A stretch of DNA of 62,628 bases, the filler included, from Chiloscyllium plagiosum (taxonomy: Eukaryota): NCBI RefSeq assembly GCF_004010195.1. It is 5 parts of one record of this genome, joined end to end, with 100 filler letters (N's around TTAATTAATTAA, not from the genome) between each part and the next. Parts side by side here need not be neighbours in the genome. Positions count along the whole stretch, not along the records: positions 12,443 to 38,189 come from NC_057714.1; positions 38,290 to 50,954 come from NC_057714.1; 3 more parts are not named here. One strand, 5' to 3'. Under the pieces are notes generated by a model, which worked only from the letters and a program-made list of their open reading frames with translations, made no database searches and was not told the origin of the DNA. Made by a program: the position numbers and the translations under genes. Shown here piece after piece: positions 25,035 through 38,644 of the stretch (its first letter is position 1; every line of letters begins with the position of its first letter).

Positions 25035-27075
25035 CATGATTTTGAGGTGCTGGTGTTGGACTGGGTGTACAAAGTTAAAAATCACAACACCAGGTTTACT
25101 TGGAAGCACTAGCTTTCAGAGCGCTGGTCCTTCATAGATGATTTTGTAGTATAAGATCATAAGACACAGAATTTATAGCAAAAGTTGATGTGCACACAAT
25201 TTCAGTTACATCACATGTGTAGGTGTGTGGGGGAGGGGTGGGTATGTGTGTCTGTGAGAGAGTTTGTGTGTGAGTGTAAAGGCGTATAGGTCTGTGAAAG
25301 GGTGTTCCCTCGTCGGAGAACACTTCAGCATTCCGGGACATTTGACATCAGACTTTAGGGTGACCATCCTCCAAGTTGAACTTCAGGATAGGCAACAAAG
25401 TAGACACGCAGAGGCTGATAATGTGTTGCTGGAAAAGCACAGCAGGTCAGGCTGCATCCAAGGAACAGGAGAATCGACCTTTCGGGCATGAGCCCTTCTT
25501 CAGGAATGAGGAAAGTGTGTCCAGCAGGCTAAGATAAAAGGTAGGGAGGAGGGACTTGGGGGAGGGGCGTTGGAAATGTGATAGGTGGAAGTAGGTAAAG
25601 GTGAGGGTGATAGGCCGGAGTGGGGTGGGGGCGGAGAGGTCAGGAAGAAGATTGCAGGTTAGGAAGACAGTGCTGAGTTCGAGGGATTTGACTGAGACAA
25701 GGTGGGGGGAGGGGAAATGAGGAAACTGCCCCAAGGGACACTTCCATATCTGCCACAAATTCACCTGCACCTCCACACACATCATATATTGCATCCGCTG
25801 CACCCGATGTGGCCATCTCTGTATTGGGGAGACAGGCCGCCTACTTGCGGAATGTTTTAGAGAACACCTCTGGGACACCCGGACCTACCAACCCAATCAC
25901 CCCATGGCTCAACACTTCAACTCCCCCTCCCACTCCACCAAGGACATGCAGGTCCTTGGACTCCTCCATCGCCAGACCATAGCAACACGACGGCTGGAGG
26001 AAGAGCACCTCATCTTCCGCNNNNNNNNNNNNNNNNNNNNNNNNNNNNNNNNNNNNNNNNNNNNNNNNNNNNNNNNNNNNNNNNNNNNNNNNNNNNNNNN
26101 NNNNNNNNNNNNNNNNNNNNNNNNNNNNNATCACATTTCCAATGCCCCTCCCCCAAGTCCCTCCTCCCTACCTTTTATCTTAGCCTGCTGGAAACACTTT
26201 CCTCATTCCTGAAGAAGGGCTCATGCCCGAAACGTCGATTCTCCTGTTCCTTGGATGCTGCCTGACCTGCTGTGCTTTTCCAGCAACACATTTTCAGCTC
26301 TGATCTCCAGCATCTGCAGTCCTCACTTTCTCCACGCAGAGGCTGATAGCCAAGTTCGGTATCCATGGGGATGACCTCAACCAGGACCTTGGGTTCATGT
26401 CACATTACAGGTGATTCCACACATGCATTCCTACAGACCCATCAACTCACGCAGACCCTCTCATACACAAGCTGTCTCTCATATGCCCACACATACACTC
26501 CCACACTTACACACCCTCTCACAGACTTTAAACCCTTTTGCACTCACACACATACACACATTCTCTCACAGGCACTCATAGACCCCCCCATGCACATGCA
26601 CGCGCACACACACAAGTTTGTGGGGTGAATGTGTACTTGTAGAATTACATTTTATTTTGCTCAAAAACTGCATGAATCCATGTAAGATTTTGTAAATCCC
26701 TTTTTTTAGATAAGAATCAGTCTGAACATTGGGCCACAGACAACCTCACACAGGACATCTCACATCTTCAATGTATTATCTGGGCCGACATGACACCAAT
26801 TGTTAAAGTTCACTTGAGAATGCAACTTTAAAACAATCCTGCAATTCACATATGAAAGAACTGAAACCAATATGTTTATTCTAAAAGATGAGAGACTTAA
26901 TAAACAATCCAGGTCTTTTCCAATATATAATTTCAGTTACGTCACACTGTAAACTTTTGCTATAAATTCTGTGTCTTACTTTCTTACACTTCACAACCAC
27001 CTGATGAAGAAGCAGCGCTCCTAAAGCTAGTGCTTCCAGATAAACCAGTTGGACTATAAACTGTGTGATTTTTAA
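25035..27075. mobile_element. Fold-back PLE family B element containing a nested fold-back family A element (25421-26332)
   Basis: Outer inverted termini with a GIY-YIG C-terminal remnant (VGEHFSIPGH). The inner element has inverted termini, a YIGETGR motif and a perfect 16-bp TSD cacgcagaggctgata (25405-25420 / 26333-26348). Confidence 0.85.
26205..26240 (+). ncRNA. Minimal hammerhead ribozyme motif, PLE family A
   Basis: attc CTGAAGA A GGGC tcat GCCC GAA ACGT C gatt. Confidence 0.6.
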
Positions 27076-27199
27076 CTAAATGCATATTGGTGCACTCATA
27101 CAAGTAAGTGGAGAGTATTCTGTCACATTTGTGACTATGAATGGAAAATAATAGATAGGCTTCAGGGTATTAGTGAATAACTCACTACAGAACTCTATG

Positions 27200-28490
27200 T
27201 CATTTATTTACATGATTTGCATATTAATATAGGAGGTATGATTAATAAGTTTGCAGATGACACAAAAATTAGTCGTGTAGTAGACAGCAAAGGAGACTAG
27301 CTCAAGGGACCTCGATCAGATGGACAAATGGGCCAAGGAGTGGCAGCAATAGTTTATTTTAGATAAGTGTGACTGTACTGCAGTTTATAAAATCTTGAGG
27401 GGCATGGATAGTGTGAATAGCTAAGATCTTTCTTCCAGGGTAGGGGAGTCCAAAGTTTAGGTTTTGGGTAAGAGGGAAAAGATTTAAAAGGGACTTAAGG
27501 GGCAACTTTTTCACGCAGAGTGTGCTGCATGTATGGAATGAGCTGCCAGAGGAAGTGGTGGAGACTGGTACAATTACAACATTTAAAACCTATCTGGATG
27601 AGTACACGAACGGTGGCTCAGTGGTCGGCACTGCTGCCTCACAGCACCAGGGAGTCGGGCTCAGTCCAGCCTCTGGTGACTGTGTGTGGTGTTTGCACAT
27701 TCTCCCCGTGTTGTGTGGGTTTGCTTCAGGTGTTCCAGTTTCCTTTCACTGTCCAAAGATGTATAGTTTGGTGGACTGGCTATGCTTAATTGTCTAACAT
27801 TTGGGTTAGTCCTGTAAAATGATAAAGGGTAGGGAGTGGGTCTGGGTGGGATACTCTTTGGAAGGTTGGTGTGGACTTGATGGGTTGAATGGCCTGCTTC
27901 CACACTATAGGGATTCTATGATGAATAGGAATGATTTAGAGGCATATGGGTCAAATGCTAGCAAATGGATCTAATTGATTTGAGCTATAAGAAGAGGCTG
28001 AATAGGCTGGGGCTATTTTCCCTGGAGCCTTGGAGGCTGAGGGGTGACCTTATAATGGTTTACAAAATTATGAGGGGCATAGATAGGATAAATAGACAAA
28101 GTCTTTTCCCTGGGGTCAGGGAGTCCAGAACTAGAGGGCATAGGTTTAGGGTGAGAGGGGAAAGATATAAAAGAGACCTAAGGGACAACTTTTTCACGCA
28201 GAGGGTGGTACGTGTATGGAATGAGCTGCCAGAGGAAGTGGTGGAGGCTAGTACAATTGCAACATTTAAACAGCATTTGGATGGGTAAATGAATAGGGAA
28301 GGGTTTAGAGGGATTTGGGCCGTTTGCTGGCAGTTGGGACTAGATTGGGTTGGGATATCTTGTTGGCATGGATGGGTTGGACCGAAGGGTCTGTTTCCAT
28401 GCTGTACATCTCTATGACTCTATGATATCTGGTTAGCATGGTCAAGTAGGACTGATGGGTCTGTTTCCATGCTGTATGGTTCTATAACTC
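27200..28490 (+). mobile_element. CR1 3' fragments with a nested degenerate HE1 SINE (about 27609-27920)
   Basis: FADD remnant, RLNRLGLFSLE..RLRGDLI..YKIMRG and FFTQRVVRVWNELP; SINE V-domain remnant. Confidence 0.8.
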
Positions 28491-29070
28491 CTACCCCTGA
28501 CCTGGTCTGTAAACTCAATATTTATCTGGCTGGTTCAGTCCAGTTCCTGGTCAATGGTAATCCCCTAAGGTATTTATAGTGGGAAGTTAGCGATAGTAAT
28601 GCCATAGACTGTCAAGGGGTGATGGTTAGATTTTCTTGTTTCATAGTGTTTTGGTTTTATTTTCCAGTTCACACCTAGCATTAAATTAGATCATGTTATG
28701 ACCACTCCTATTGTTAATTATTAAATAGTTCCTCTTAATGCCCATTACTAAATTAGTTTGATAATTAGAGTGATGGTACTAAAATGTGTTGCTCCATAAA
28801 GCTATCATGAACACTGCCAAGAAATTATTTTACTTTCTGATTCGCTCCTCCCAATCTCTATTAAAGCAACTCTTCATTTGTTACAATCCTTTGAATTAAT
28901 GCTTTCAGCTACTTTATTGCTAGTTTTGTGAAGTCTGTAGTCAACTCCCAATACAATTTTAAGTCGTCCCTTTTTCCTCAATTCTAGCCATTGAATAGGC
29001 GAAAGTGAGGTCTCTGGATCAGTGGTGCTGGAAGAGCACAGCAATTCAGGCAGCATCCGAGGACAGGCAA

Positions 29071-29106
29071 AATCGACGTTTCGGGCAAAAGCCCTTCATC
29101 AGGAAT
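29071..29106 (-). ncRNA. Minimal hammerhead ribozyme motif, PLE family A
   Basis: Reverse complement reads attc CTGATGA A GGGC tttt GCCC GAA ACGT C gatt. Confidence 0.65.
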
Positions 29107-31325
29107 AAAGGCNNNNNNNNNNNNNNNNNNNNNNNNNNNNNNNNNNNNNNNNNNNNNNNNNNNNNNNNNNNNNNNNNNNNNNNNNNNNNNNNNNNNNNNN
29201 NNNNNNNNNNNNNNNNNNNNNNNNNNNNNNNNNNNNNNNNNNNNNNNNNNNNNNNNNNNNNNNNNNNNNNNNNNNNNNNNNNNNNNNNNNNNNNNNNNNN
29301 NNNNNNNNNNNNNNNNNNNNNNNNNNNNNNNNNNNNNNNNNNNNNNNNNNNNNACCGCATCGGGAGCAACGGATACAATAGATGATATTAGTGGATGTGC
29401 AGGTAAAACTTTGATGGATGTGGAAGGCTCCTTTAGGGCCTTGGATGGAGGTGAGGGAGGAGGTGTGGGCACAGGTTTTACAGTTCCTGCGGTGGCAGGG
29501 GAAAGTGCCAGGATGGGAGGGTGGGTCGTAGGGGGGCGTGGACTGCAGATGCTGGAAATTAGAGTTCATTGTTGTGCTGGAAAAGCACAGCAGGTCAGGC
29601 AGCATCTGAGGAGCAGGAAAATCGATGTTTCGGGCAAAAGCCCTTCATCACAAATGAGGCTGGGAGCTTCGGGGGTGGAGAGTTAAATGAGAGAGGTGTG
29701 GTGCTGAGGGGAAGGTAGCCAAGAGTGCCGTGGATGGAAGAAGTTGGGGGTAATGGTGATAGGTTGGAGAGGAGGGTGGAGTGGATGGGTGGGAAGGAAG
29801 ATAAACAGGTGGGACATGGCATGAGGATGGTGGTGAGCTGGACAGATGGAACTGCGATAAGGTCGGGGGAAGGGAAAATGAGGAAACTGGTGAAATCCAC
29901 ATTGATGCCCTGGGGTTGGAGGATCCAGAGGCGGAAGAGGAGGCGTTCTTCCTCCAGGTGTCAGGTGGTAAGGGAGTGGTGATGGGGGAGGCCAGGACCT
30001 GATGTCCTCAGTGGAGTGGGAGGGGGAGTTGAAGTATTCAACCACGGCATGGTGGGGTTGGTTGGTGTGGGTGTACCAGATATGTTCTCTGAAGCGCTCT
30101 GGGAGTAGGCGTCCTGTCTCCCCAATGTAGAGGAGACCGCATCAAGAGCAACGAATGCAGTAAATGATGTGTGGAAGTGCAGGTGAAACTTTGATAGGTA
30201 TGGAAGGCTCCTTTGGGGACTTGGACGGAGGTGAGGGGGTAGGTGTGGGTGCAGGTTTTGGAATTCCTGCGGAGCAGGGGAAGGTACCGGGAGGGATGGG
30301 TAAGTAGTTGGGGCCGTGGACCTGATGAGATAGTTGCGGAGAGAACAGTCTTTATGGAAAGCAGATAGGGGTGGGGTCCATTTGTAGGTGGCGGAAATGG
30401 CGCAGAATGATGTGATGTATATGGAGGTTGGTGGGGTGGAAGGTTAGGACCGGGACGTCCTGTCCTTGTTGTGGATGGAGGAGTGGGATTGCAGGGCAGA
30501 GGTGCAGGAAGTGGATGACATGTGCTGGAGGGCACCTTCAATCATGTGGGAAGGGAAATTGTGGTCTTTAAAGAAGCAGGCCACCTGGTGTGTTCTGTTT
30601 TGGAACTGGTCCTCCTGGGAGCAGATGCGGCAGCGGCGGAGTATTTGGGAATAAGGGATAGCATTTTTAAAGAAGGCAAGGTTGGAGGAAATGTAACCCA
30701 GGTAGCTGTGGGAGGTGGTGGGTTTGTAGAAAATGTCAGTGTTGAGTTGCTCATCGTTGATGGAGAGGTCCAGGAAGTGGAGGGAGGTATCAGAGATAGT
30801 CCAGATGAATTTAAGGTCAGGCTGGAATGTGTTGGTAAACTTGATGCGGTCTCCTCTACATTCGGGAGACAGGACTCCTACTCGCAGAGCGCTTCAGAAC
30901 ATCTCCGGGACACCCGCACCAACCAACCTCACTGCCCCGTGACCGAACACTTCAACTCCCCCTCCCACTCCGCTGAGAACTTGCAGGACCGGGCCTCCTC
31001 CACCGCCACTCTCTTACCACCTGACGCCTGGAGAAAGAACGCCTCATTTTTTGCCTCGGGACCTTTCAACCCCATGGCATCAATGTGGATTTCACCAGGT
31101 TCCTCATTTCTCCTTCCCCGACCTTATTCCATTTCTAAACCTCCAGCTCAGCACCCTCATGACCTGTCCCACCTGTCAATCTTCCTTCCCATCTATCCAC
31201 TCCACCCTCTTCTCCGACCTATCACCATTATCCCCACCTCCATCCACCTATTGCACTCTTGGCTACCTTCACCCCATTACCACTCCCCTCCCATTTATCT
31301 CTCCACCCCTGAGACTCCCAGCCTC

Positions 31326-31361
31326 ATTCCTGATGAAGGGCTTTTGCCTGAAACGTCGATT
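31326..31361 (+). ncRNA. Minimal hammerhead ribozyme motif, PLE family A
   Basis: attc CTGATGA A GGGC tttt GCCT GAA ACGT C gatt; one G-U pair in stem II. Confidence 0.55.
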
Positions 31362-31469
31362 TTCTTGCCCCTCAGATGCTGCCTGACCTGCTGTGCTTTT
31401 CCAGCACCACACTCTTGACTCGAGCCATTGAATCCCCTGCTGATCACATTCTCTCACCTATATCCTCTG

Positions 31470-31880
31470 TTATTAATGTTGTATCCAGTGTGTTATGGCA
31501 ACAGCCTTTCCCAAGATCGCAAGAAACTACTGAAAGTCATGAACACAGCCCAGTCCACCATGCAAACCAGCCTCTATCCACTGACTCCGTCTATACTTCC
31601 CATTGCCTCAGGTAAGCAACCAACATACTCAAAGACCCCTCCCACCCCGGTTATACTCTCACCCTTTTCCATTGGGCATAAGATATAAAAGTTTGAATAC
31701 ACGTATGAACAGATTAAAGAACAGCTTCTTCCGTACCGTTATGAGACTTTGAACTTCTCAAATGTTAATGTTGAGTTCTCTCTTTTTACCTTCTCTGTGC
31801 TGTAACACGGTATTCTGCGCTCCATTCTACCCAATGCACTTTGTATCTTCCAATCTGCCTGTAAAGTACGCAAAGTAACA
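31470..31880 (+). mobile_element. Rex1/Babar-like LINE 3' fragment
   Basis: The peptide YGNSLSQDRKKLLKVMNTAQS resembles the post-RT region of Rex-Babar LINEs. Confidence 0.55.
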
Positions 31881-31962
31881 TAGAGTCATAGAGATGTAGA
31901 GCATGGAAACAGACCTTTCGGTCCAACCCGTCCATGCCGACCAGATTTTCATTGTATCTTAG

Positions 31963-33690
31963 TACAGACTGATAGGGATAGTCAACAGGGCTTTGTGCAT
32001 GGGAAATCATGAGTCACAAACTTGATTGAGATTTTTGAAGAAGTAACAAAGAGGATTGATGAGGATAGAGCAGTAGATTAGATTAGATTAGATTCCCTAC
32101 AGTGTGGAAACAGGCCCTTAGGCCCAACAGGTGATCTGCATGGACAACAGTAAGGCGTTTGACAAGGTTCCTCATGGAAGACTGGTTAGCAAGGTTAGAT
32201 CTTACGAAATACAGAGAGAACTAGCCATTTGGATACAGAACTGGCTCAAAGATAGTAGACAGACAGTGGTGTTGGAGGGTTGTTTTTCAGATTGGAGGTC
32301 TGTGACGAGTGGGGTGCCATGAGGATCTGTGCTGGGTCCTCTACTGTTTGTCATTTACATAAATGATTTGGATGTGAGCATAAGAGGTACAGTTCATAAG
32401 TTTGCAGACAACACCAAAATTGGAGGTTTAGTGGACAGCGAAGAAGGTTACCTCAGATTACAACAAAACCTTGACCAGATGGGCCAATGGGCTGAGAAGT
32501 GTCAGATGGAGTTTAATTCAGATAAATGCAAGGTGCAGCATTTTGGGAAAGCAAATTTTAGCAGGACATATACACTTAATGGTAAGGTTCTAGGGAGTGT
32601 TGCTGAACAAAGAGACCTTGGAGTGCAGGCTCATAGCTCCTTGAAAGTGGAGTCACAGGTAGATAGGATAGTGAAGAAGGCGTTTGGTATGCTTTCCTTT
32701 ATTGGTCAGAGTATTGAGTACAGGAGTTAGGAGGCCATGTTGCGGCTGTACAGGACATTGGTTAGGCCACTGTTGGAATATTGTGTGCAATTCTGGTCTC
32801 CTTCCTATCGGAAGGATGTTGTGAAACTTGAAAGGGTTCAGAAAAGATTTACGAGGATGTTGCCAGAGTTGGAGGATTTAAGCTCTAGGGAGAGTCTGAA
32901 CAGGCTGGGGCTGTTTTCCCTGGAGCGTTGGAGGTTGAGGAGTGATTTTATAGAGGTTTACAAAATCATGAGGGGCATGGATAAGACAAAGTCTTTTCCC
33001 TGGGGTCGGGGAGTCCAGAACTAGAGGGCATAGGTTTAGGGTGAGAGGGGAAAGTTATAAAAGAGACCTAAGGGGCAACCTTTTCATGCAGAGGGTGGTA
33101 CGTGTATGGAATGAGCTGCCAGAGGAAATGGTGGAGGCTGGTACAATTGCAATAGTTAAACGGCATTTGGATGGGTATATGAAAAGGAAGGGTTTAGAGG
33201 GGTATGGGCTGGGTGCTGGCAGGTGGGACTAGATTGGGTTGGGATACATGGCTTGGAGAGGGTGGACGCTAGGAAATTGTTTCCGTTAGGCGAGGAGACT
33301 AGGACCCGTGGACACAGCCTTAGAATTAGAGGGGGTAAATTCAGAACAGAAATGCGGAGACATTTCTTCAGCCAGAGAGTGGTGGGCCTGTGGAATTCAT
33401 TGCCACACAGTGCAGTGGAGGCTGGGACGCTAAATGTCTTCAAGGCAGAAATTGATAAATTCTTGATGTCACAAGGAATTAAGGGCTACGGGGAGAATGC
33501 AGGTAAGTAGAGTTGAAATGCCCATCAGCCATGATTGAATGGCGGAGTGGACTCGATGGGCCGAATGGCCTTACTTCCGCTCCTATGTCTTATGGTCTTA
33601 TGGTCTTATGGATATATGGTCGACATGGACGGGTTGGACCAAAGGGTCTGTTTCCATGCTGTACATCTCTATGACTCTATGACTCTATGT
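31963..33690 (+). mobile_element. CR1/HER1-type LINE, RT to 3' end, with a second CR1 3' end nested at about 33246-33612
   Basis: [48 protein letters not shown]; (gactctat)n and (ggtcttat)n tails. Confidence 0.92.
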
Positions 33691-34054
33691 GACAGCAATA
33701 AATCAAATCAAGATATCTTTACCATTATATCTCTATTCTTTCTGTATAATAATATCTTTTGGACTTGCAATTCAGAGGCATAAACTAATCCCACCATTTC
33801 AGCTGATAGGATTTAAATTCAATTAATACAAGTTTGAAATATAGTTTCAGAAATATTAACCATGACAACTTCAGTAATTTCTTTTGGTTCACTATTGACT
33901 ATTATAGATTAAAGTAGAAATGGGGAGTTTTAGTGATATACCTAGTAATATTTAATAGTTAGAGTTATTTATTTTGTTTGTCTCATCTCATTTGTCTGAT
34001 TGTTAGTGACATATTGTAAATTGTCTACTGTATTAACCACACAACAACATTAAA

Positions 34055-34375
34055 GGGTGAGGTGATGGCCAAATGGTATTATTACTGGATTATTAAGTCT
34101 GAGATCCAGGTCTAATGTTCTGGGGACCTATATTTGAATCCCCCTGGTGGGCAGCTGGTGAAGTTTTAGTTCTATTAAAATCTGGAATGAAGACCGTAAT
34201 GATGACCATTAATCCATTCCTCATTGTCAGGAAAACCCACCTGATTCACTAACGTCCTTTAGGTAGGGAAATTGCCATCACAGAAATTGGTTGAATCTTA
34301 ACTGCCCTCTGGTCAATGAATGCTGGTCAGCCAGCAATGCCTTCATCCTCTGAATGAAAATAATAATAAAAAAGT
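34055..34375 (+). mobile_element. Degenerate short interspersed element (probable tRNA-derived SINE)
   Basis: Degenerate A/B-box-like head; the 3' tail cagccagcaatgccttcatcctctgaatgaaaataataataaaaa resembles the 3' end of the LINE at 6462-8770. Confidence 0.45.
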
Positions 34376-34479
34376 TAATTTGTATTTCACAACTTCTACT
34401 TGAAAAAGGAGCTAATAAATTATCCCAATGTCGTATCTTAAAGGTGTACTTTAAGATATGATATTGGAACATCTTTTCA

Positions 34480-35482
34480 CGGTTCTTTGAGATGGTGATC
34501 AAACAGGTGGATGAGGGTAAAGCAGTTGATGTGGTATATATGGATTTCAATAAGGCGTTTGATGAGGTTCCCCACAGTAGGCTATTGCACAAAATATGGA
34601 GACATGGGGTTGAGGTGATTTATTGATTTGGATCAGAAATTGGCTAGTTGGAAGAAGACAGAGGGTTGTGGTTGATGGGAAATGGTCATCCTGGAGTTCA
34701 GTTACTAGTGGGGTACCACAAGGATCTATTTTGGGACACAGCTGTTTGTCATTTTTATAAATGACCTAGATGAGAGTGTAAAAGGATGGGTTAGTAAATT
34801 TGTGGATGACACTAAGGTTGGCGGAGTTGTGGATAGTGCTGAAGGATGTTGCACGTTACAGAGGAACATTGATAAGCTGCAGAGCTGGGCTGATAGGTAG
34901 CAAATGGAGTTTAATGCAGAGACGTGTGAGGTGATTCACTTTGGAAGGAGCAACAGGAATAAACAGTACTGGGCTAATAGTAAGATTCTTGGTAGTGTCA
35001 ATGAAGAGAGAGATCTCGGTGTCCATGTACATGGAATCCCCAAAAGTTGCCCTCAGGTTGATAGGATTGTTAAGAAGGCATACAGTGTGTTAGCTTTTGT
35101 TGGTAGAGGGATTGAGTTTTGGAGCCACAAGGCCATGCTGCGGCTGTACAAAACTCTGGTGTGGCAGCACTTGGTGTATTGCTTACAGTTCTGGTCACCG
35201 CATTACAGGAAGGATGTGAAAGCTTTGGAAAGGGTTCAGAGGAGATTTACTGGGATGTTGTCTGTATAGAGGGAAGGTCTTACAAGGATAGGCTGAGGGA
35301 GTTGAGGCTATTTTCATTGGAAGAAAGTTGAGAGGTGACTTAGTTGAGACATATAAAATAGGATGAATAGTGAGTGCCTTTTTCTTCAGATGGAGATGGC
35401 TAGTACAACAGGACATAGCTTTAAACTGAGGGATGATAAATATAGGACAGATGTCTGAAGTAGTTTCTTTACTCAGAGAGTA
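34480..35482 (+). mobile_element. CR1 LINE RT fragment
   Basis: VDVVYMDFNKAFDEVPH, KFVDDTK, MEFNAETCEVIHFG. Confidence 0.88.
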
Positions 35483-35486
35483 CATC

Positions 35487-37461
35487 AAACATAGAAAAGT
35501 ATAGCACAGAACAGACTCTTTGGCCCACGATGTTGTGCTGAGGATTAATCCTAATGTAAAATAAAATAACTTAACCTATACATCCCTCAATTCATTGCTG
35601 TCCATGTGCATGTCCAGCAGTCGCTTAAATGTCCCTAATGACTCTGCTTCCACCACCAACGCTGGCAACGCATTCCATACATTCACAATTCTCTGCAGAA
35701 AGAACCTACCTCGAACGTCTCCTCTATACCTTCCTCCTAATATCTTAAAAATATGACCCCTTGTGCCAGTCAACCCTGCCCTGGGGAAAAGTCTCTGGCT
35801 ATTGACTCTATCCATGCCTCTCATTATCTTGTATACCTTGATCAGGTCACCTCTCTTCCTCCTTCTCTCCAGAGAGAAAAGTCTGAGCTTAGTCAATCGC
35901 TCTTCATAAGGCAAGCCCTCCAGTCCAGGCAGCATCCTGGTAAACCTTCTTTGCACCCTCTCCAAAGCCTCTGTATCTTTCCTCTAGTAGGGAGACCAGA
36001 ACTGGACACAATATTCCAAGTGTGGTCTCACCAGGGACTTGTCGAGCTGTAGCAAAATCTTGCAGTGCTTAAACTCGATCTCCCTGTTAATGAAAGCCAA
36101 AACACCATATGCTTTCTTTACAACCCTATCCACCTGGGTGTCAACTTTGAGGGATCTATGCACTTGAACACCAAGATCTGTTCCTCCACACTGTCAAGAA
36201 TCCTGTCTTTAATCCTACATTCAGCATTCGAGTTTGACCTTTCAAAATGCATCACTTCGCATTTATTCAGGTTGAACTCCACCTGCCATTTCTTAGCCTA
36301 GCTCTGCATCTTCTCTATGTTGCGCTGCAGCCTGCAATAGCCCTTGATACTATCAATGGCACCTCCAACCTTTGTGTCATCTGCAAATATACTAACCTAC
36401 CCCTCAACCTCTTCAACCAAGTCATTTATAAAAACTACAAAGACCAGAGGGCTAAGAACAGAGCCCTGTGGGATCCCACTCACCACTGACCTCCAGGGAC
36501 ATCCACTCCATCTACAACCACTCTCTGCCTTTTCTCTGCCAATTAATTCTAAATCCAGATAGCCAAATCTCCCTGTATCCCATACTTCTTGATTTTATGA
36601 ATAGGCCTACCATGAAGAATCTTATCAAATGCCTTGCTGAAGTCCATATACACCACATCCACTGCTCGTCGATCTGTCTCATCACCTCTTCAAAGAACTC
36701 AATAAGATTTGTGAGGCATGACCTACCCTTCACAAAACCACACTGACTGCCTCTAATCACGCTATGCTTTTCCAAATAGTCATAAATCCTATCCCTCAGA
36801 ATTCTTTCCAAAACCTTTCTGACCACAGACGTAAGATTGACTGGTCTGTCATTGCCAAGGATTTCCCTATTACCCTTCTTGAAAAGAGGAACAACATTTG
36901 CCTCCTTCCAATCCTCCGGTACAACTCCCATGGAGAGTGAGGAAGTAAAGATCTTCACCAGCCACATAGCAACCTCCTTGCTTCCTGGAGCAGCCTAGGA
37001 TAAATCTGCTCTGGCCCTGGGGACTTGTCAATCTTAATGTCAAACTTTCCAGTACATCAACTTTATCAATCTTGATCTGTTCAAGCCTGTATCCCAGTTC
37101 CCCAAAGGTCTCCTTCACAACAAGGTCCCTTTCCTGAGTGATAACCGAAGCAAAAAAACTCATTTAGGGCTTCCCCTATCTGCTCAGACTGCACGCACAA
37201 GTTCCTTATGCTATCCCTGATCGGCCCTACCTTCTCCCTGATCATTCTCTTATTCCTCACGCATGAGTAAAATGCCTTTGGGTTCTCCCTAATCTTTGTT
37301 GCCACGCTTTTTTCATGCCCCTTCCTGGCTCTCCTCAGTCCATTTCTGAGCTCCTTTCCAGCAAGCCTGTAATCCTTTAAAACTGTGCTAGATCCTTGCT
37401 TCCTCCACCTTACATAAGCTGCCTTCTTCCTTTTGATGAGAAGCTCCTCTGTTCTCATCAT
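35487..37461 (-). mobile_element. CR1 LINE, 3' 2 kb of ORF2
   Basis: KIRENPKAFYS, VPEDWKEANVVPLFKKG, GFVKGRSCLTNLIEFFEEV, ERVQRRFTRMLPGL. Confidence 0.92.
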
Positions 37462-37821
37462 TCAAGGGGCGTGGAATGCACTGCCTGCAACAGTAGTAGA
37501 TTCGCCAACTTTAAGGGCACTTAAATGGTCATTGGATAAACATATGGATGAAAATGGAAGAGTGTAGGAAAGTTGTGCTTCAGATTGGTTCCACAGGTTG
37601 GTGCAACATCGAGGGCCAAAGTGCTGTAATGTTCTATGTTTTCCTACTGAATGTTTATCTTCGGTTGTGAGGAATTTATTATAGGAATAGACAGACTGCG
37701 CCTTCATACAAACAACCTTTGTTGAGGCAAATACATAATACGGTAGATGTTTACAGAAAATGTGAGTACAGGGGCACTTCGATTATCCGAATGTGATGGG
37801 CGGGCACTAACTCTAACCCTA

Positions 37822-38644
37822 ACCCCTGCAGACGGAGCGCAGCGTAGATACACCTGGTCACGGGCAGACGGGTCTATCCGCTCAAGGATAGATTACCTGT
37901 TTGTGTCCCGAACGCTCTCAGTCAGATCCACCGACATCAAGCCGGTGTTCTTCTCTGACCACTGCCTCCTGCTGGCCAACTGTCACCTAAAGGACGAGCA
38001 GCGGGCTGGTAAGGGAACATGGAAGCTGAACACAAAGTTGTTGACCCCGGGAAACATTGAGGAGCTCAAGAGGAACTACGCAGGTTGGAGAACCATGAAG
38101 CCCCTCTTTGAGTCCCCAGCGGACTGGTGGGAAACAGTAAAAGGGAACATCAAGAGGTTCTTCATCCACAAAGGTGTTCAGGAGGCGAGNNNNNNNNNNN
38201 NNNNNNNNNNNNNNNNNNNNNNNNNNNNNNNNNTTAATTAATTAANNNNNNNNNNNNNNNNNNNNNNNNNNNNNNNNNNNNNNNNNNNNTCTTCTAGCTG
38301 AAGGAGTTGACCCCGACTGAGTGTTGCAGACTGGCACATTCCAAGGTCCAGGACTACGTGTTGAGGGACGCGCTGAAGCTTGGGGCAGCTGCCGCCAAGG
38401 CGCGGTGGGGCAAGACCACTGTGTAACATCGGCCTGCCTAAAGAAGAACAGGGGGCCCACGCAGTCATTTGGGCTCTGCTGACGCCTCAGCTAAAAATGT
38501 AATCGTACAGACCTGTAAATAGGAATGATTACTCTGTTTTGGTATGCAAACAAATGGAATGTTTACATATGTATGGCATGTCCAGTTGTACAGATCATCA
38601 AAGTATTTTATGAATAAAGTATATTTTTGGAAAAAAAATAAAAA
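37822..38644 (+). mobile_element. Tx1-like (L1 clade) LINE: endonuclease C-terminal part and, beyond the linker, the ORF2 end with polyA
   Basis: YTWSRADGSIRSRIDYLF..FFSDHCLL..WKLN (APE); after the linker, WRLAHSKVQDYVLRDALKLGAAAAKARWGKTTV*, then AATAAA and an A-tail. Confidence 0.85.
38190..38289. other. Artificial scaffold/contig linker
   Basis: 44N-TTAATTAATTAA-44N. Confidence 0.97.

Larger units (their letters stand above)
28997..31422. mobile_element. Composite of PLE family A copies with inverted termini
   Basis: FTCTSTNIIYCIRCSRCG (GIY-YIG), RT C-terminal remnants and an inversion point near 30840. Flanked by the 11-bp direct repeat agccattgaat (28986-28996 / 31423-31433). Confidence 0.8.
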
